A DNA stretch of 64,000 bases from Obrimoposthia wandeli (lineage: Eukaryota). Of the stretch, positions 11,400-23,709 are shown piece by piece (within the stretch, counting starts at the first letter, position 1; every line of letters starts with the position of its first letter). A program made the position numbers and the translations under genes. The stretch spans positions 1 through 64,000 of the forward strand of contig CDROCS010002096.1 in the NCBI GenBank assembly GCA_977020255.1, in the 5' to 3' direction. A model generated the notes under the pieces. It was not told where the DNA came from, did not search any database, and saw nothing but the letters and a program-made list of their open reading frames with translations.

Positions 11400-13600
11400 A
11401 ACAAACTTATTCTGGCTAGTACACAAATTACTTCGCCGGGTCTCCCACTTTGCCAAAACTAGGTGAAAATGATACCTCAACTTCATCGAATAAACAAGAC
11501 TCAACAAAGAAAAATGTGTATTGTCCATTTGTGTAGAAATAAGTCCTCTTCAATTTATGAATAGTTACGAGTTATTTTGTAAGTCTCATTCTTATACAAA
11601 AAATCTTTGTAATTTTTCAGAAGAAATTTCTGATGTCTGTTTATTTCTCTTATAAATAATATTTTCATCTATAAAAGTACGGATATAAAATTATTGGTAA
11701 TTCTAGTGTTAAAAAAGCATATAATTTGAAATTATATGATCTTAAAACAATACTTTAAATCAATTTAATTTCTGAATTTTTCTTTTCAAATACTAAGCAT
11801 AGATTCTTTGTCAATTTAAAAGTATTGATCTATAAAATTAAAATAATTAAGATTGAAGATTATTTCCTTGTAAAGTTAAATTTTAATTTACATATATTTT
11901 CTTTTATCTAGAATAGCGTTAAAAACTGCTTCGTTTATATATATTTATATATAATTTATATTGATTGCACTATTATTTAATTTATTTTGTAAAAAGTATT
12001 CTCAAGTAATGTTTTTAGTTAAGATTTTTGGTTTAAGTGATTTTATACTTTTCATCTTATAGATTATTATTCAGCACATATAATTAATATTTTTATATTT
12101 GTTTGAAAATATTCCAAATAACTTATAGAACTTTGTAGTGAAATGTTTGTGTTCCAATGTCTATACACGAATTATTGTTTGTTTTATTATTTATATCAGG
12201 TGAAATTTTTGCAGTTCTACCTATTTGAAGTTAATAGTCAAGTTTATAGTGGTATTAAAGCCAAGTAAATGGGAATAATGTGTATTTATAAATGTTGAAA
12301 GTTTTAATTAATTTAAAATTAGTTGTTAAAAATAAATATTTTTTCTTTGCATAATGATATTTAATGTAACTTATATATTTTAGAAATAATGTTTCAAAGA
12401 AGAATGGTTCAAATTTTCCACATTTAAAACATTTATATTTAAAAAATTGTGAAGGAATGGAGAAAATCACAATTTATGAGTTTATTAAATTCCGGAATAT
12501 CGTTGATATTAGTATTCATAATTGTAAGTTTTATGCATATTTTTCTTTTATTGTAGAGTATAGAAGATCACTTTATCTGTCATTCAAAACTTATTATGAG
12601 GCAGATGAAGATTTTTTTCATTTAAAAAATAATTACATTTGAACAAATATTAAATGATACATGTGTAACTTTACTTGAATTATCATTTTCACTCATAATG
12701 TTTGCAGAAGACGAAATAATCATTTCCATTATTGAATAATTTTCGCGCTTCAGATAATTGCTATTTACAACCGGTTAAATTTATAATGAGAAAAAAAATT
12801 AACCTAGAAATAGAACAGTTTTTAATTTTATTTTTTTGAACTAAATTGACTTTTGCAAAATTATGTACAAAAAATAATGGTATTTAAAAATGTCTATAAT
12901 TTCCGAGGAAATTTTTAAAAAATCAAGGAAACAAAAAAACTTAATAAGGACTACAACAAAATATTCTTCGTTCATGTCTGTTGAATAATGAAGAAGTTTA
13001 AACAATTTTAAAACAGGAGGTTGTAAATTGTGTGTTTTATAATATTTAGATAGGTTTTAAAAATGTTTTAGTTCTTGGATTTAAATAAATTAAATATTAT
13101 TAATTTTCAAAATATATTACTGCCTTTGAGATACTTTGTTTTCCATTTCACGTAGACATCTCCAAAGCCTGCAGATAGAACTAATTTAATTACAGTGCAA
13201 CATTGAATTAAAACACATTTAGACTATGACATCAAAAGTCGACTTTTACAACAATTTTGTAATAACCGCAAAATATCCCTACTTGATATAGCTTCCACAA
13301 AAAATAGTTAGCGCTTTCGGAACAACATGTTTGTGAAATGTTTTTTCAAAAGTGAAATTTATTAATATCACATCTTCAGCTGCACTAACAAAGGAAGATT
13401 TCATAAACCAATTAAAAAATGCTCCTTTCAGTATTGAATTAGATTTACAAATGCCAAAGAAAATTAATAGGAATTTTACATATTAAAACTTTTCAACATA
13501 GAGAAATAAATATTTACACAAAACCTAATAATAGTAGAAACAACTAAAAATGGCATAATCTATAGCTGAGGTTCAATGCATTTCTTTTTTCCCGAGTACA
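11400..13600 (-). other. Possible multi-exon host gene, unidentified
   Basis: Several short coding-like islands, e.g. SCLFDEVEVSFSPSFGKVGDPA and KLVLSAGFGDVYVKWKT, followed by GT donor-like sites. No recognisable domain. Confidence 0.25.
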
Positions 13601-14047
13601 CGGCTAGGATTTAAATAAAACGTATGTAGATTTCGATTTTATTTAATATGTTTCGAATTTTAAAAAATCACGCATTCACTGTAAAATATATTTCAACAGA
13701 AATTTTGATATTTCTTTAACTTTCAAATATAAATTTTAAACAATATTTTACTTACAATTTCAAAACGTTAACGTATGTGTGACCCAACCATCCATGAATA
13801 ATTTCCAAAATTAAAGTGCGTATGGAGTGTGGAAACACCAGTCAAAAAATTGAATTTTATTTATTTTCTGGAAGTACCTAAATTCCTTGTTTACTTTTCA
13901 AAATAACTTTTAAATAATTTCTATTTTTCTGCTATTTTTCGTTTACCGTATAAAAAAACCTATTTTGCAATATTAAACTAAAAAATATATTTATAAAACT
14001 TTAATTTATAATAAAAAAATTACAAAAGAAAAATTCAAAACGACATA

Positions 14048-14535
14048 AGTAGGTGGATGTGTCCGGTCTAATCCACACACCCCCTCCCCCCTTGTCCTTT
14101 AAAACCGTACATGTGTGTGGAGTGAAATTTCGTGTAGGCGTGTGGAGTGAAATTTCACTCCACACACATGCACGGTTTTAAAGGACAAGGGGGGGTTACC
14201 CCCCCCCACTAAAAATTTTTCGCGCCTTTCGGCGCGAAGGCTCGGGACAGATATAGGTCACAGACTAGCTCTGCGATGTACGGATGTCTCGCTCTCATAT
14301 ATGTCACAGACTAGCTCTGCGATGTACGGATGTCTCGCTCTCATATATGTCACAGACTAGCTTGGCGATGTACGAATGTCTCGCTCTCGTGTATATCACT
14401 AACTACCTCGGGTGATGGGTGAAAGTCGACGGGTGTTGGATGGAAACACCCAACCGACGACAACCCGCCCCTACGGGGCGGGCTCTATTCTCACGAAAAT
14501 AACAAAGATGGGCATCTACAGGCACGAAAAAACAT
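14048..14535 (+). repeat. Left TIR of E2, with nested palindrome and 3 x 46-bp tandem repeats
   Basis: Palindrome at about 14088-14193; 46-bp units start at 14251, 14297 and 14343; hairpin CCCGCCCC-TACG-GGGCGGG near 14464. Confidence 0.9.
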
Positions 14536-14683
14536 TACAAAAAATAAATTATTTGAATAAGAGGCTCTCATTGGACAATAAAAGAGGGTTAGTAAGATGT
14601 TTGTGTATATAAAGACACCCCCGTTCATTATTTTTCATAAATCAACAATCCCATTCTACAACAACGTTGACCTAGACGAAGAG

Positions 14684-16049
14684 ATGGAGGTTCAACTCTA
14701 TGGGGATCTCTCTCCAGTGCAGCAGCGAACGCCACCATCGTCGCAATACGTTGACTTAGATAGTCAAGAGTCATCGGTGGTGAGCGAAGGAGAAGCAGCA
14801 GCAAGAGCAAACCTGTTACAAGAAGAAGCCTCATTGGCCAGCTCAACTCCAAGAGAAGAACCAATGGACGTGAGAGGTGGGGTACAGAGATCCCAATATA
14901 TCGATCTGACTAGTCAGGATTCGATAGAGAATTGGGAAGACTGTACTCCCAGACAAAACACAAAACCCAATCGTCCGGCAACTTCAGCAGTAGCAGCAGG
15001 GAGATCCAATCTCTTCGACAATTTTGAGGCGGCAATCAAATGCCCCTGGAAATTGATCCCGCTGTCTCAACTGGAGAAAGTCCTCGCACCAGACTCAGAC
15101 AAGGAGCTGTTCACCGATGATGTACCTTCGGATTGGGAGGAGGACTTGACTTCATTTATCAACGAATGGATACAGCCAAGTAGGCGACGCCTATTCAACC
15201 GGTGGATAGGAAGCAAGCGGCAGTTAAGAAACCGCAACGCCATAGGGTCAAAACCCTCACTCGGAAGAAGGCCAAGTTGGTGAAACAGGCTAACCTGCCC
15301 ATCATTGAGGTAAATTATTTATATGTTTAAATTTTATTAATATTTTGCAGGAACCCGTCCAGATATTTGAGGAGACTTGGGGAGAAATTACTCCTTTCTC
15401 GCGGAAACGGACGAAGAGGGCAGAGGTGAAGAAGACGAGGCACTCGAGAAAATGTAAAACCTCAATTGGCCATTATTCTGAGGCGGTGATTGGCCAGCAG
15501 GAGATTCTCCAATCTCCAGTGGACGACGGACCAATCCTATATGAGAGGATCCCAGTCTCGCCGATCGAGATAAGTCCGCAATCAAGTCAACGACGCCTGC
15601 AGGAGACTGCTTCTCCTCATCCAACAACCAGCCAGAACTTGAAGAGGGCCTGGGATGAAGCTGGATTGGATGAATTCCTGGCGGAACTGGATTCACCGGC
15701 AATGCTTCCAGATTTGCGTGGGCAACAAGATGCCGTCTCACGCCAGCTTCAACGTGAGAAGGAGGAGAAACAGAAGAAAGCTCCGCGGAAGAGAAAGAGG
15801 ACTTCTATGACAGGGCCATCAACATCGGCTGCACCTCCTCCCAAAAAGTTGCGGCAACTATTGCCAAAACCTGAGGGAAGGACAATTGCTACAAAGCAAC
15901 CGGTGAAGCCGAAAAAGAAACCGGGCCGGCCAAAGAAGAAGGAACCAGTACCGATTTCTCCTATAATACTTAGTCGGAGGGATTACGACCCGAATGATCC
16001 CAATGATGACTTCGTAAAGATGTTTAAAAATATAATTTATAAAAATTAG
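14684..16049 (+). pseudogene. E2 early ORF1: disordered protein with SIM-like, acidic, NLS and AT-hook-like motifs; 41-nt intron 15310-15350
   Basis: TATATAAAG at 14606. ATC ATT GAG|gtaaat...ttgcag|GAA CCC splices in frame with ORF 15345. This join requires a frameshift and a stop near 15165-15185. Motifs: YVDLD, YIDLT, PRKRKR, KKPGRPKKK. Confidence 0.55.
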
Positions 16050-16243
16050 TTTCATATGTTTTCTTCTTAATATTTATTTTTTTAAATGTAGAAATACTAT
16101 CTTTAAGTTTATTTGCAATGATAAGTTATAGATTTATTAAACTCTCATTTGATAAATAAAAATATATCATTTAATTGGATTAAAAAATATCTTAAATTTA
16201 TATATATAGGTTCAAATTTATTAACCTCTTCATAATTAAAAAA

Positions 16244-16606
16244 ATGGAATTCATTAAAATGAAGAGTCTGGTGACGAAGATTGAAGCAAACATCAGAATA
16301 AATGAGAAGAAAGGGGACTTAAGAAAGAGGGTCCTCAACCAGAATTTGTATACTGCTGTCGCGACAGAGTGGAATCATCGGGTGGAGATACAGGATAGGA
16401 GGCTAGCAGAACGCCGTCGAATCGTGGAGTGGAATAAGAAGATCGAATTGGAAAAAAGGAAGGTGGATGAAAAAAGAAGAGAAGAGATGGAGGATGTTCG
16501 GCGAGCAGCAAGAAAGAGAATCCTCCAGATTAAACCGGAAGAGGGTCCTTCTACAAAAAAATTAATTTTTGATTATTATTTTGTCTTTATTGATTATGTT
16601 ACATAG
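16244..16606 (+). CDS. E2 early ORF2, coiled-coil K/R/E-rich protein with weak SERTA-like motif
   Basis: Intact 120-aa ORF with GC-richer coding composition; LRKRVLNQN. Confidence 0.6.
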   Translation: MEFIKMKSLVTKIEANIRINEKKGDLRKRVLNQNLYTAVATEWNHRVEIQDRRLAERRRIVEWNKKIELEKRKVDEKRREEMEDVRRAARKRILQIKPEEGPSTKKLIFDYYFVFIDYVT

Positions 16607-16686
16607 GAGAATTGACAAAATATACCAATCTTATCATGAAAGTACTTCGTTATAAACAACGGGATTTGCTGCAAATTTAGATAATT

Positions 16687-17175
16687 ATGCAGGAATATAT
16701 CATAGATTTTGAGGCTTTCATTAACAAAAATGGGGATTATATTATAAAAGAATTATGTATTATGGATGTATGCGACGTTTTTCATCCATTGCATTTCATA
16801 TTTCAAATAGATATCCCGTTTAAAAGTTTAGATTATAAGAAAAGATTTACTAATTTATATCTAACTAATTATTTTCATTTATTAAAATGGAAAGAAGGAC
16901 ATAAGGCTTTTTGTGAAATATGTATTTTCGATACTATTAAATCTAATTTTGATATTGAAAATGGATTTTTTTATGTTTTAGATGAAATGGATGGCAAAAA
17001 GTATAAGACTTTAAAAAAATATTTTTCCAAATTGAGGTTGAATACTTTAAATATTTCACGCGATCATCTATTAAAAATTCCACGAAATATTTGCTGTCCA
17101 TATTGTAATCATGGTGACCATTGCGCATATAAAAAATGTTTAAGTCTTTCTTATTATTACTGGAAATTCTTCTAA
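16687..17175 (+). CDS. E2 ORF3, putative DnaQ/DEDD-like nuclease-fold protein with C-terminal Cys/His cluster
   Basis: N-terminal IIDFEAF...IIKEL (DxE motif) and CCPYCNHGDHCAYKKC. Family assignment is from recalled pattern only. Confidence 0.55.
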   Translation: MQEYIIDFEAFINKNGDYIIKELCIMDVCDVFHPLHFIFQIDIPFKSLDYKKRFTNLYLTNYFHLLKWKEGHKAFCEICIFDTIKSNFDIENGFFYVLDEMDGKKYKTLKKYFSKLRLNTLNISRDHLLKIPRNICCPYCNHGDHCAYKKCLSLSYYYWKFF

Positions 17176-17400
17176 TTGGATAAATTCATTATTAAAATTT
17201 TACAATTATTTAGATAAACAATTCTTCTAATTGGAGAAATTCATTATTAAAATTTTACAATTATTTACAAATAAGCCATTTGATTGGAGGAATAAAAAAA
17301 TATTTTTTTCGACCATTTAACAGATAAACAAACCTTCTCAATTTTTTAATCCAATAGGAAAAGAGCATGTGTGCATAAATTTTTGTATATAAGCAAACAC
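17171..17400 (+). promoter_or_regulatory. pPolB promoter: 55-bp-period duplication, four CCAAT boxes and a TATA box
   Basis: TCTAATTGG(A)..AAATTCATTATTAAAATTTTACAATTATTTA at 17171 and 17226; ATTGG near 17284; CCAAT near 17352; TATATAAG near 17386. Confidence 0.55.
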
Positions 17401-17433
17401 TTTCTTCATTTAAATCCCCGACAATTTGAAATA

Positions 17434-20400
17434 ATGCCTATGGTAAGAATTTATTTTTATTATTTCCTTATTAATATTTATTATTTCAGATTACTTGTAA
17501 CCTATTCCCTGCGTATTGTGGTGCTTCGGCTCCACATGGAGGAGAGACCTGCATGGAGACAATGTCTGCATACTACCGGACAAAGTCTCAAGGTGTTCAC
17601 TTCTTTGTCTGCCCCTTCTGCAGAACAATGGAGGAGAAGGAGTTTCGAGACTTCTTCAGTGAACATCGAGCTCATCTATCGTGTTTCACGGCCAACAAGA
17701 AGAGGGATATCGTCCAGTTGGTGCGCGATTCGCAGGTCGCTCCACCTCCAATTCCAGTTGCAGTCGATCAACCCTTTTACGGTCCTGCGATTGGTCTCCC
17801 GGCTCCTGATTCTGACCCATCCACTCAAATGTCTGAATGGGTGAATGACATATCCCAGTCAGATTTCGAGATAGAGCAGTGCAGCGATAACTCATGGTTG
17901 GAGACCATCGAGGAATCCGGTTTTGTCGAGTCAACGGACGACAGCTGGATGGATTCCATCAATGAAGAGGACTTCATTCCAGCTCAACTTGGATTGTCAT
18001 CATTAGGTTTTTTTTTTTTTTTGTAAATTGTAATTATATATTTTATTTTTTAATATATATATTTTATTTTTTATTCAGGAAATACCGTTCTACAATCGGC
18101 ATCTGCTACAACAGATATGCCTCCACCATCGCGAGTGCCTACATCGATGTTAGCACGCCTTAGAGGTCATTTTTAAAAATATATTTATTTTTTAATATAT
18201 TAATTTCAGCACATGCATCATCGACGTCCACAACAGTCGCTTCAATGACATCAGCTACTGATGATCGAGTGACCATGACGTCTACAAGCGCATCATCTGC
18301 GAAACCAGCATTAGTTGCCTCACCTACAACACGAGCTGCAATTGCCTCAACATCGGCAGCATGTCCAATAGCAGCACCTACAACCTCAGCTGCGATTGTG
18401 TCAACTATTAATATAAATAGTTGTCTTCCCGTTCAATTAGGGGGAGGTTTGTCAGCGACAAACGGAAGAAAGAGGCGAGGCCAATTTCTTAATAAGGTCC
18501 CACCAAAAAAACGTAGAGAAAACGGTGCTACTATAGAGTATCACCTAAATAATAAATATGTTATAGTTAAGGTGCCATTAGGAAATGAAATTTTATTAAA
18601 TGTAGGTGTAGATTCAAATATTGAAAATCTTTTAAAATCAGAATTGACTAAATTAGGACAGGCTAAGGTTCAATTTTGCGCAACAGTGCAGTTTAAAAAT
18701 GTCAATGAGAAAACTAAAACTTGGGTAATTTCACATAAAGCAACTGTTTTCTATGATAATTTTGTAACTGAAATTGGAAGAAACCTGGATGAAAAAATTG
18801 CTAATTATAGCGAGTTAAGTAGTGGATGGACTCTAGTTAGAATTCACGATGTTAGCTTTGTTCTAACAAAGTTCACTGACATGATATATCTTTCGGGGAG
18901 TTCATACATTCCTTCACCTAGATCTCTTCAACTTTTACGTTCCATTGTTAACGTACAAAACAGTGATAACCTTTGCTTTCTGTATAGCGTGTTGGCCATC
19001 CTCGAAAGGGATGTAATTACTGAACATAGAGAGCGTGTCAGTAAATATACCCCTTTTTTAAATGAATTGCAGTATCATGGAATAGATTTTCCAGTTAAAT
19101 TAACTGCGATATCAAGATTTGAACATCTTAATAACTTGAGTATTAATGTATTCAAATATAATACTGATATCCCAGTTAATGTAACAGATGAAGAAATTTT
19201 TAAAAATCCTTTTGTAGATGTAATTTATAGGAGCAAAAATGAGGTGACTCAGGTCAACTTAATTTTGCTCGAACATAATAAAAAATTCCATTATGCTGCA
19301 ATTCCCAATTTAGATCGTCTTCTAAATTTAGATATTGGAGCCTTACCGGTTAGGATAAGGTGTAAGTGGTGTCATAGATGTTTGCATGCTCTAATCCGAG
19401 CTCTCTTACAGCAAACATCTGACATTATGTTCACTGAATCCTGATGACAATACGCTATATAGCATGCCTAAGGATAAGGATTTAAAATTCAGGGATTGGG
19501 CAAAATGCATACCCGTGGAATTCAGGGTGTATGCAGATTTTGAGTCAATTTTAGCATTGCACGACCAGTATGAGAGTATTCACCTACCGGCTTCGGCAGG
19601 ACTACTATTCTTAAGCCCCAATATTACCCAGTATCATAAATTTTCCGGTCCAAATTGTATTTTAGATTTTATGTTAAAATTAGAGGAATTAAGAACAACA
19701 ATTGTCAAACCGTGGTATGATCTCAATGCTCATCAAGCAATGATCATGACAGGCATAGACTGGGTTAATTTTAATTCTTGTAGATTATGTTATTTGTGTG
19801 GAACCCAGTCTAAGTTAGTCAGAGATCACGATCATGTTACGGGGCGATACTTGGGAGCGGCATGCAACCTTTGTAACCTTGGCCGTCGTCTCCCTAAAAA
19901 ACCACGCATTCCCATCGTGTTTCATAACCTTAAAGGATATGATTTGCATCATATACTTAAATACGCGTTGGGTACATTAAGCTCTTGGGAAATTTCATGT
20001 ATACCTCAAACTTCAGAGAAATATTAATCTTTAACTGCATATACTGAATTCTGCAGTTTAAGATTCATAGATTCTCTGCAGTTTTTGAGCAGGTCTTTAA
20101 AAAATTTAACGGCATCTTTAAATGCATGGCCAATTACACAGTCAGTGTTCCCAGCTTCGGTTAACGATAAGGGGATTTTTCCGTATAAATTTGCGAAAAC
20201 TTTCGCAGATTTAGAAAATACAACGGAAATCCCACCCATAACTGAATTTGAAAGTCTAAGTCTTCAAGACTATAATGAGGCCCGTAAATTTTGGGTGAAT
20301 AATTGTCGAAATCTTTAGAATATATGCTTTATTATATGAAGTTAGACATTTATCTTTTAGCTGATGTTTTTGAGTCCTTTCGTGTAAAGTCTTTAGCAGA

Positions 20401-21820
20401 AGATGGGCTAGATCCCATGCATTTCTTTATTTTACCTGGTCTTTCATGGGCAACAGCAATAAAAACTCTTAAAATTAATATCGAGTTACTGCAAGATCCC
20501 GCGATGTATCAAATGTATGATTATGGTATACGCGGTGGAATGACTTTTGTCAACAAACATCATGTTGTCAAAAATCAATCCACAGAGATTCTGTACATCG
20601 ATATTAATAATTTGTATGGGTGGGCGCTTACTCAACCTCTACCTCATGCCAACTTTAAGTGGGTTTATGATGTGGATCAGTTGAATAAGTTGATGACAGA
20701 TTTGGCTACTGTTGATACAGTTTCATCCGACGTTGGCTATTTGGTTGAGGTGGACATAAAGATCCCTCCCAATGTGCATGATAAATTAGATGATTTTCCA
20801 GCAGCGCCTGTTCATCAATGCCCACCTAATTCAAAGGTTAAGAAATTATTGTTAACCCATGAAGACAAGTTGAATTATGTTGTGCATTGGCGGCTTCTTC
20901 AATTCTACTTAAAGTTGGGAGCGAAAGTTACTCGAATTCATCGTGCTATAAGCTTCAGTCAAAACTTTGTGTTTAAAGACTATATTGAGAAGAATTCAAG
21001 AAAACGTAATTTGGCCACTAGCAAATTCGATCGAGATTTTTACAAGTTAAAAAGTAATAGTCTCTTTGGAAAAACGGTAGAGGACTTGCGGAAACGTATT
21101 TGTCTACGGTTTTGCAATGATGAGCGTAAACTAATAACATATACTAGCAAGTACAACTTCAAGCGTAATCTTTCAATTGCATATGATTTGGTAGCAGTGG
21201 TATTAGGAAAACAGAGTATTTGTCTCGATCGACCGAGTTATATAGGTCAAACGGTTTTAAACATTTCCAAACTCAGAATGTACAAGCTCCAATATATAGA
21301 ATTAGAGAAATATCGCCACGAATTCAATTGTGAGATTAAAATCGCAGCTGGGGACACTGACTCTTTCTTTTTAGAATGTAGGAATGTTAGTTTAAATAAT
21401 CAATTATTACCAGCAATGTTTAGGGACAACTTACTAGATACCCATAAATATCCCGCTAACCATCCTCTACACTCTATGAGTTTAAAGGACATTATCGGGA
21501 AATTTAAGGATGAAAGCGAGGGACAGGTTTCGTATGATGATTGTATTTTCCTACGCCCTAAATGCTACAGTTTACATACATCTAATAATACATGTTCAAT
21601 GAGAGCAAAGGGTGTTGGAAGAAACAATCTTACACATGAGGCCTACCGGAAAGTTTATGATACTGGGTGTATTGAAAGCGTTGAGCAAACTAGATTTATT
21701 TCAAGAGCCCATCAACTGTATTCCCATAAATCAACAAAGATCGCTTTGAGTAGTAATGACGACAAGCGCTTTTGGGTAAAAAAGAACGCTAGCTTGGCTT
21801 ATGGACACTTCAGAATTTAA
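17434..21820 (+). pseudogene. pPolB of E2 with spliced N-terminal extension; exons 17434-17442, 17490-18006, 18079-18165, 18210-21820
   Basis: All three GT-AG introns (47, 72, 44 nt) keep the frame. vOTU-like NVQNSDNLCF...HYAAI; YADFES; RDHDHVTG; FHNLKGYD; YIDINNLYG; KSNSLFGK; DTDS. Frameshifts near 19390 and 20312; TAA at 20025. Confidence 0.93.
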
Positions 21821-22096
21821 ACGGTTTTCATATTTTGATTTTTTTAGTTTAGTTTTTTTAAATTTTAGATCCCTATGGCACCTAGACTCTAACTTATTTG
21901 TTATTGCAATACTTTTTAGGATGGACCTTATTTATTATGCCTTATCTTTGCTGACATATCTCATTGTGATGTTGTTTTTAATAAATGTATTAAAAAAAAA
22001 TTCGTCTTATGTCTTTTATTATTTTACCCTTATATTTTTAGGGATTTAAAAAATAATTCAAAATAAAACATTTAAAATTTTTATTTTTATAACACA

Positions 22097-22477
22097 CTAA
22101 TCGTTTTGCAACGATAACCATAAAATACATAAATGTCCACAGTTTCTCGTCGCAGGATCCTGATATTGTATCTTGTTGTAAAATACTCTTCTTCGTCCTT
22201 TTTGAATAGTTGAAACAAGTTTGTAGGGATAATACATTGCAAGTGGATCAAATACATGTATTGTCCACTCTCTAACATAAATAGCTATCCAATGTTCTCC
22301 TGGTAAATTCGAAGTATGAGTATTGATAATGTAACCTCCATATTGAAAAAATGGAATCATATCAATAGGATAAACTCCATTGAATTTATCACCCAGGACC
22401 TTCTCTGCTGATTTTTTTACTTGTTTTGAACTAAATAAAATTTAATAAATATAAATTTAAAATATGTCTTACTCCAT
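22097..22477 (-). CDS. Adenain-like cysteine protease of E2; 5-nt first exon, 42-nt intron 22472-22431
   Basis: ATG GA|gtaag...ttag|T TCA gives MDSKQVKK...GVYPIDMIP. Catalytic GEHW, FDP, QDPATRNCG. ORF intact. Confidence 0.92.
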
Positions 22478-22478
22478 T

Positions 22479-23709
22479 CTATAATATGACAGTTCTGTTT
22501 TTATTGATTTGTATTTCCGAATCAAATACTCCGTAAATAAGCACCGTAGTAGGATGGGTTAAAGCTGCATTGAACTTAATTTCTAGTCGTAAATTTCCAT
22601 CCTTTGGTAGTTGGCATTGGTTTATATCAAAGTCTGGTGCTAAAACAAATGTGAAGAACGGGCAGCTATTTTTAAAGTCAGTGAAAGAAATACCATTGTT
22701 TATATTTTTATCTAGTTGACCCAAATTCCGAATAATAGATTGGGTATAAGCCAAAGCATAAGCGTTACCTTCGAAATCTGTTTTATATGTTTCACGACAA
22801 TCAGTATTTCTTGAAAGTGTCACTGAACCAACATTAAGATTGTCAAATTGAGTTGCATCTGTCGTATAATTTCCTAGAAACTTTGCAGTTTTTTAAAAAG
22901 AAATTAAAATGAATTTCGGTAATCTTACATCACCAAAAATTTGATCCTTATTAAAAGCTTATGTACCCGTACCTAAAGAATAAGATATAAGTTTAGTTTC
23001 TCTAATAGGATAACAAGCATTGTTTTTTTCCATTCCTATATTATGCGCCATTAAAACTGACTGCTCGGTTTTAACTCTTCGAACATACAATTTTGCATCC
23101 AAAATATCAAGTCTAGGTTTTATAAATGTCCGTGCTTATCAAAGAAAATTTCCATTTATTATGTTTCAAACGAAGATGTACATTAACACCGGGAATTAAA
23201 TATTTCGGTTGTTCAAAGAAATTCAATCTCAAAGACCCACACATTTCGTAAGCTTTAGAACCTGCAATCCATTCTTTGCGAGTTGCAACAGTTTTATCAT
23301 AACCAATGGTTGCCAAATTAGTATTTTGAGTATCAGTACTATAATTCAAAAGACTTTCAATCAAAGCTTTATGAGCATAGGAAGAATTTCCACCTTTAAT
23401 TTTGACATTATTAAGAGTAACAATGGCATCATTAAATAAAGAATTAAAGAGATAATTTACAGGTGTTACATCGGCATTTTCATCTAAATTAGTACCATCC
23501 CGATTTAATACTTTTATTTGAACATAAAGCAAAGTATCATTCAAATCTAAATACTCGCTATTGGAACCATTAATATTAAATTCTAAATCGGTTAAAGTGG
23601 TTCCTGAAACTGAGTTAACTAGGAATATTTCTTCAAAGGAAGCATTATCTACAACTACTTGTGGAAGCGGTTTATCAAAAATACATAATTCAGTTTTGGC
23701 GCAACTCAT
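22479..23709 (-). pseudogene. Major capsid protein (double jelly-roll) of E2
   Basis: MSCAKTELCIFDKP, LDLNDTLLY, KYLIPGV, GNLRLEIKF. One frameshift near 23120 and two in-frame TAA codons near 22960 and 22893. Confidence 0.92.

Noticed and set aside
14251-14388. 46-bp repeats as a CRISPR array
   Set aside because: Head-to-tail with no unique spacers; part of a eukaryotic element's TIR. The same applies to the 21-bp repeats at 52685.
18245-21820. Programmed frameshifting or recoding to explain the split pPolB
   Set aside because: Lesions are scattered over many genes, include different stop types and lack slippery sites; ordinary decay or assembly error is simpler.
21921-22049. 42-aa hydrophobic ORF after pPolB
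   Set aside because: Explicable by AT-rich composition; no homologue seen in E1. Not excluded, but unsupported.
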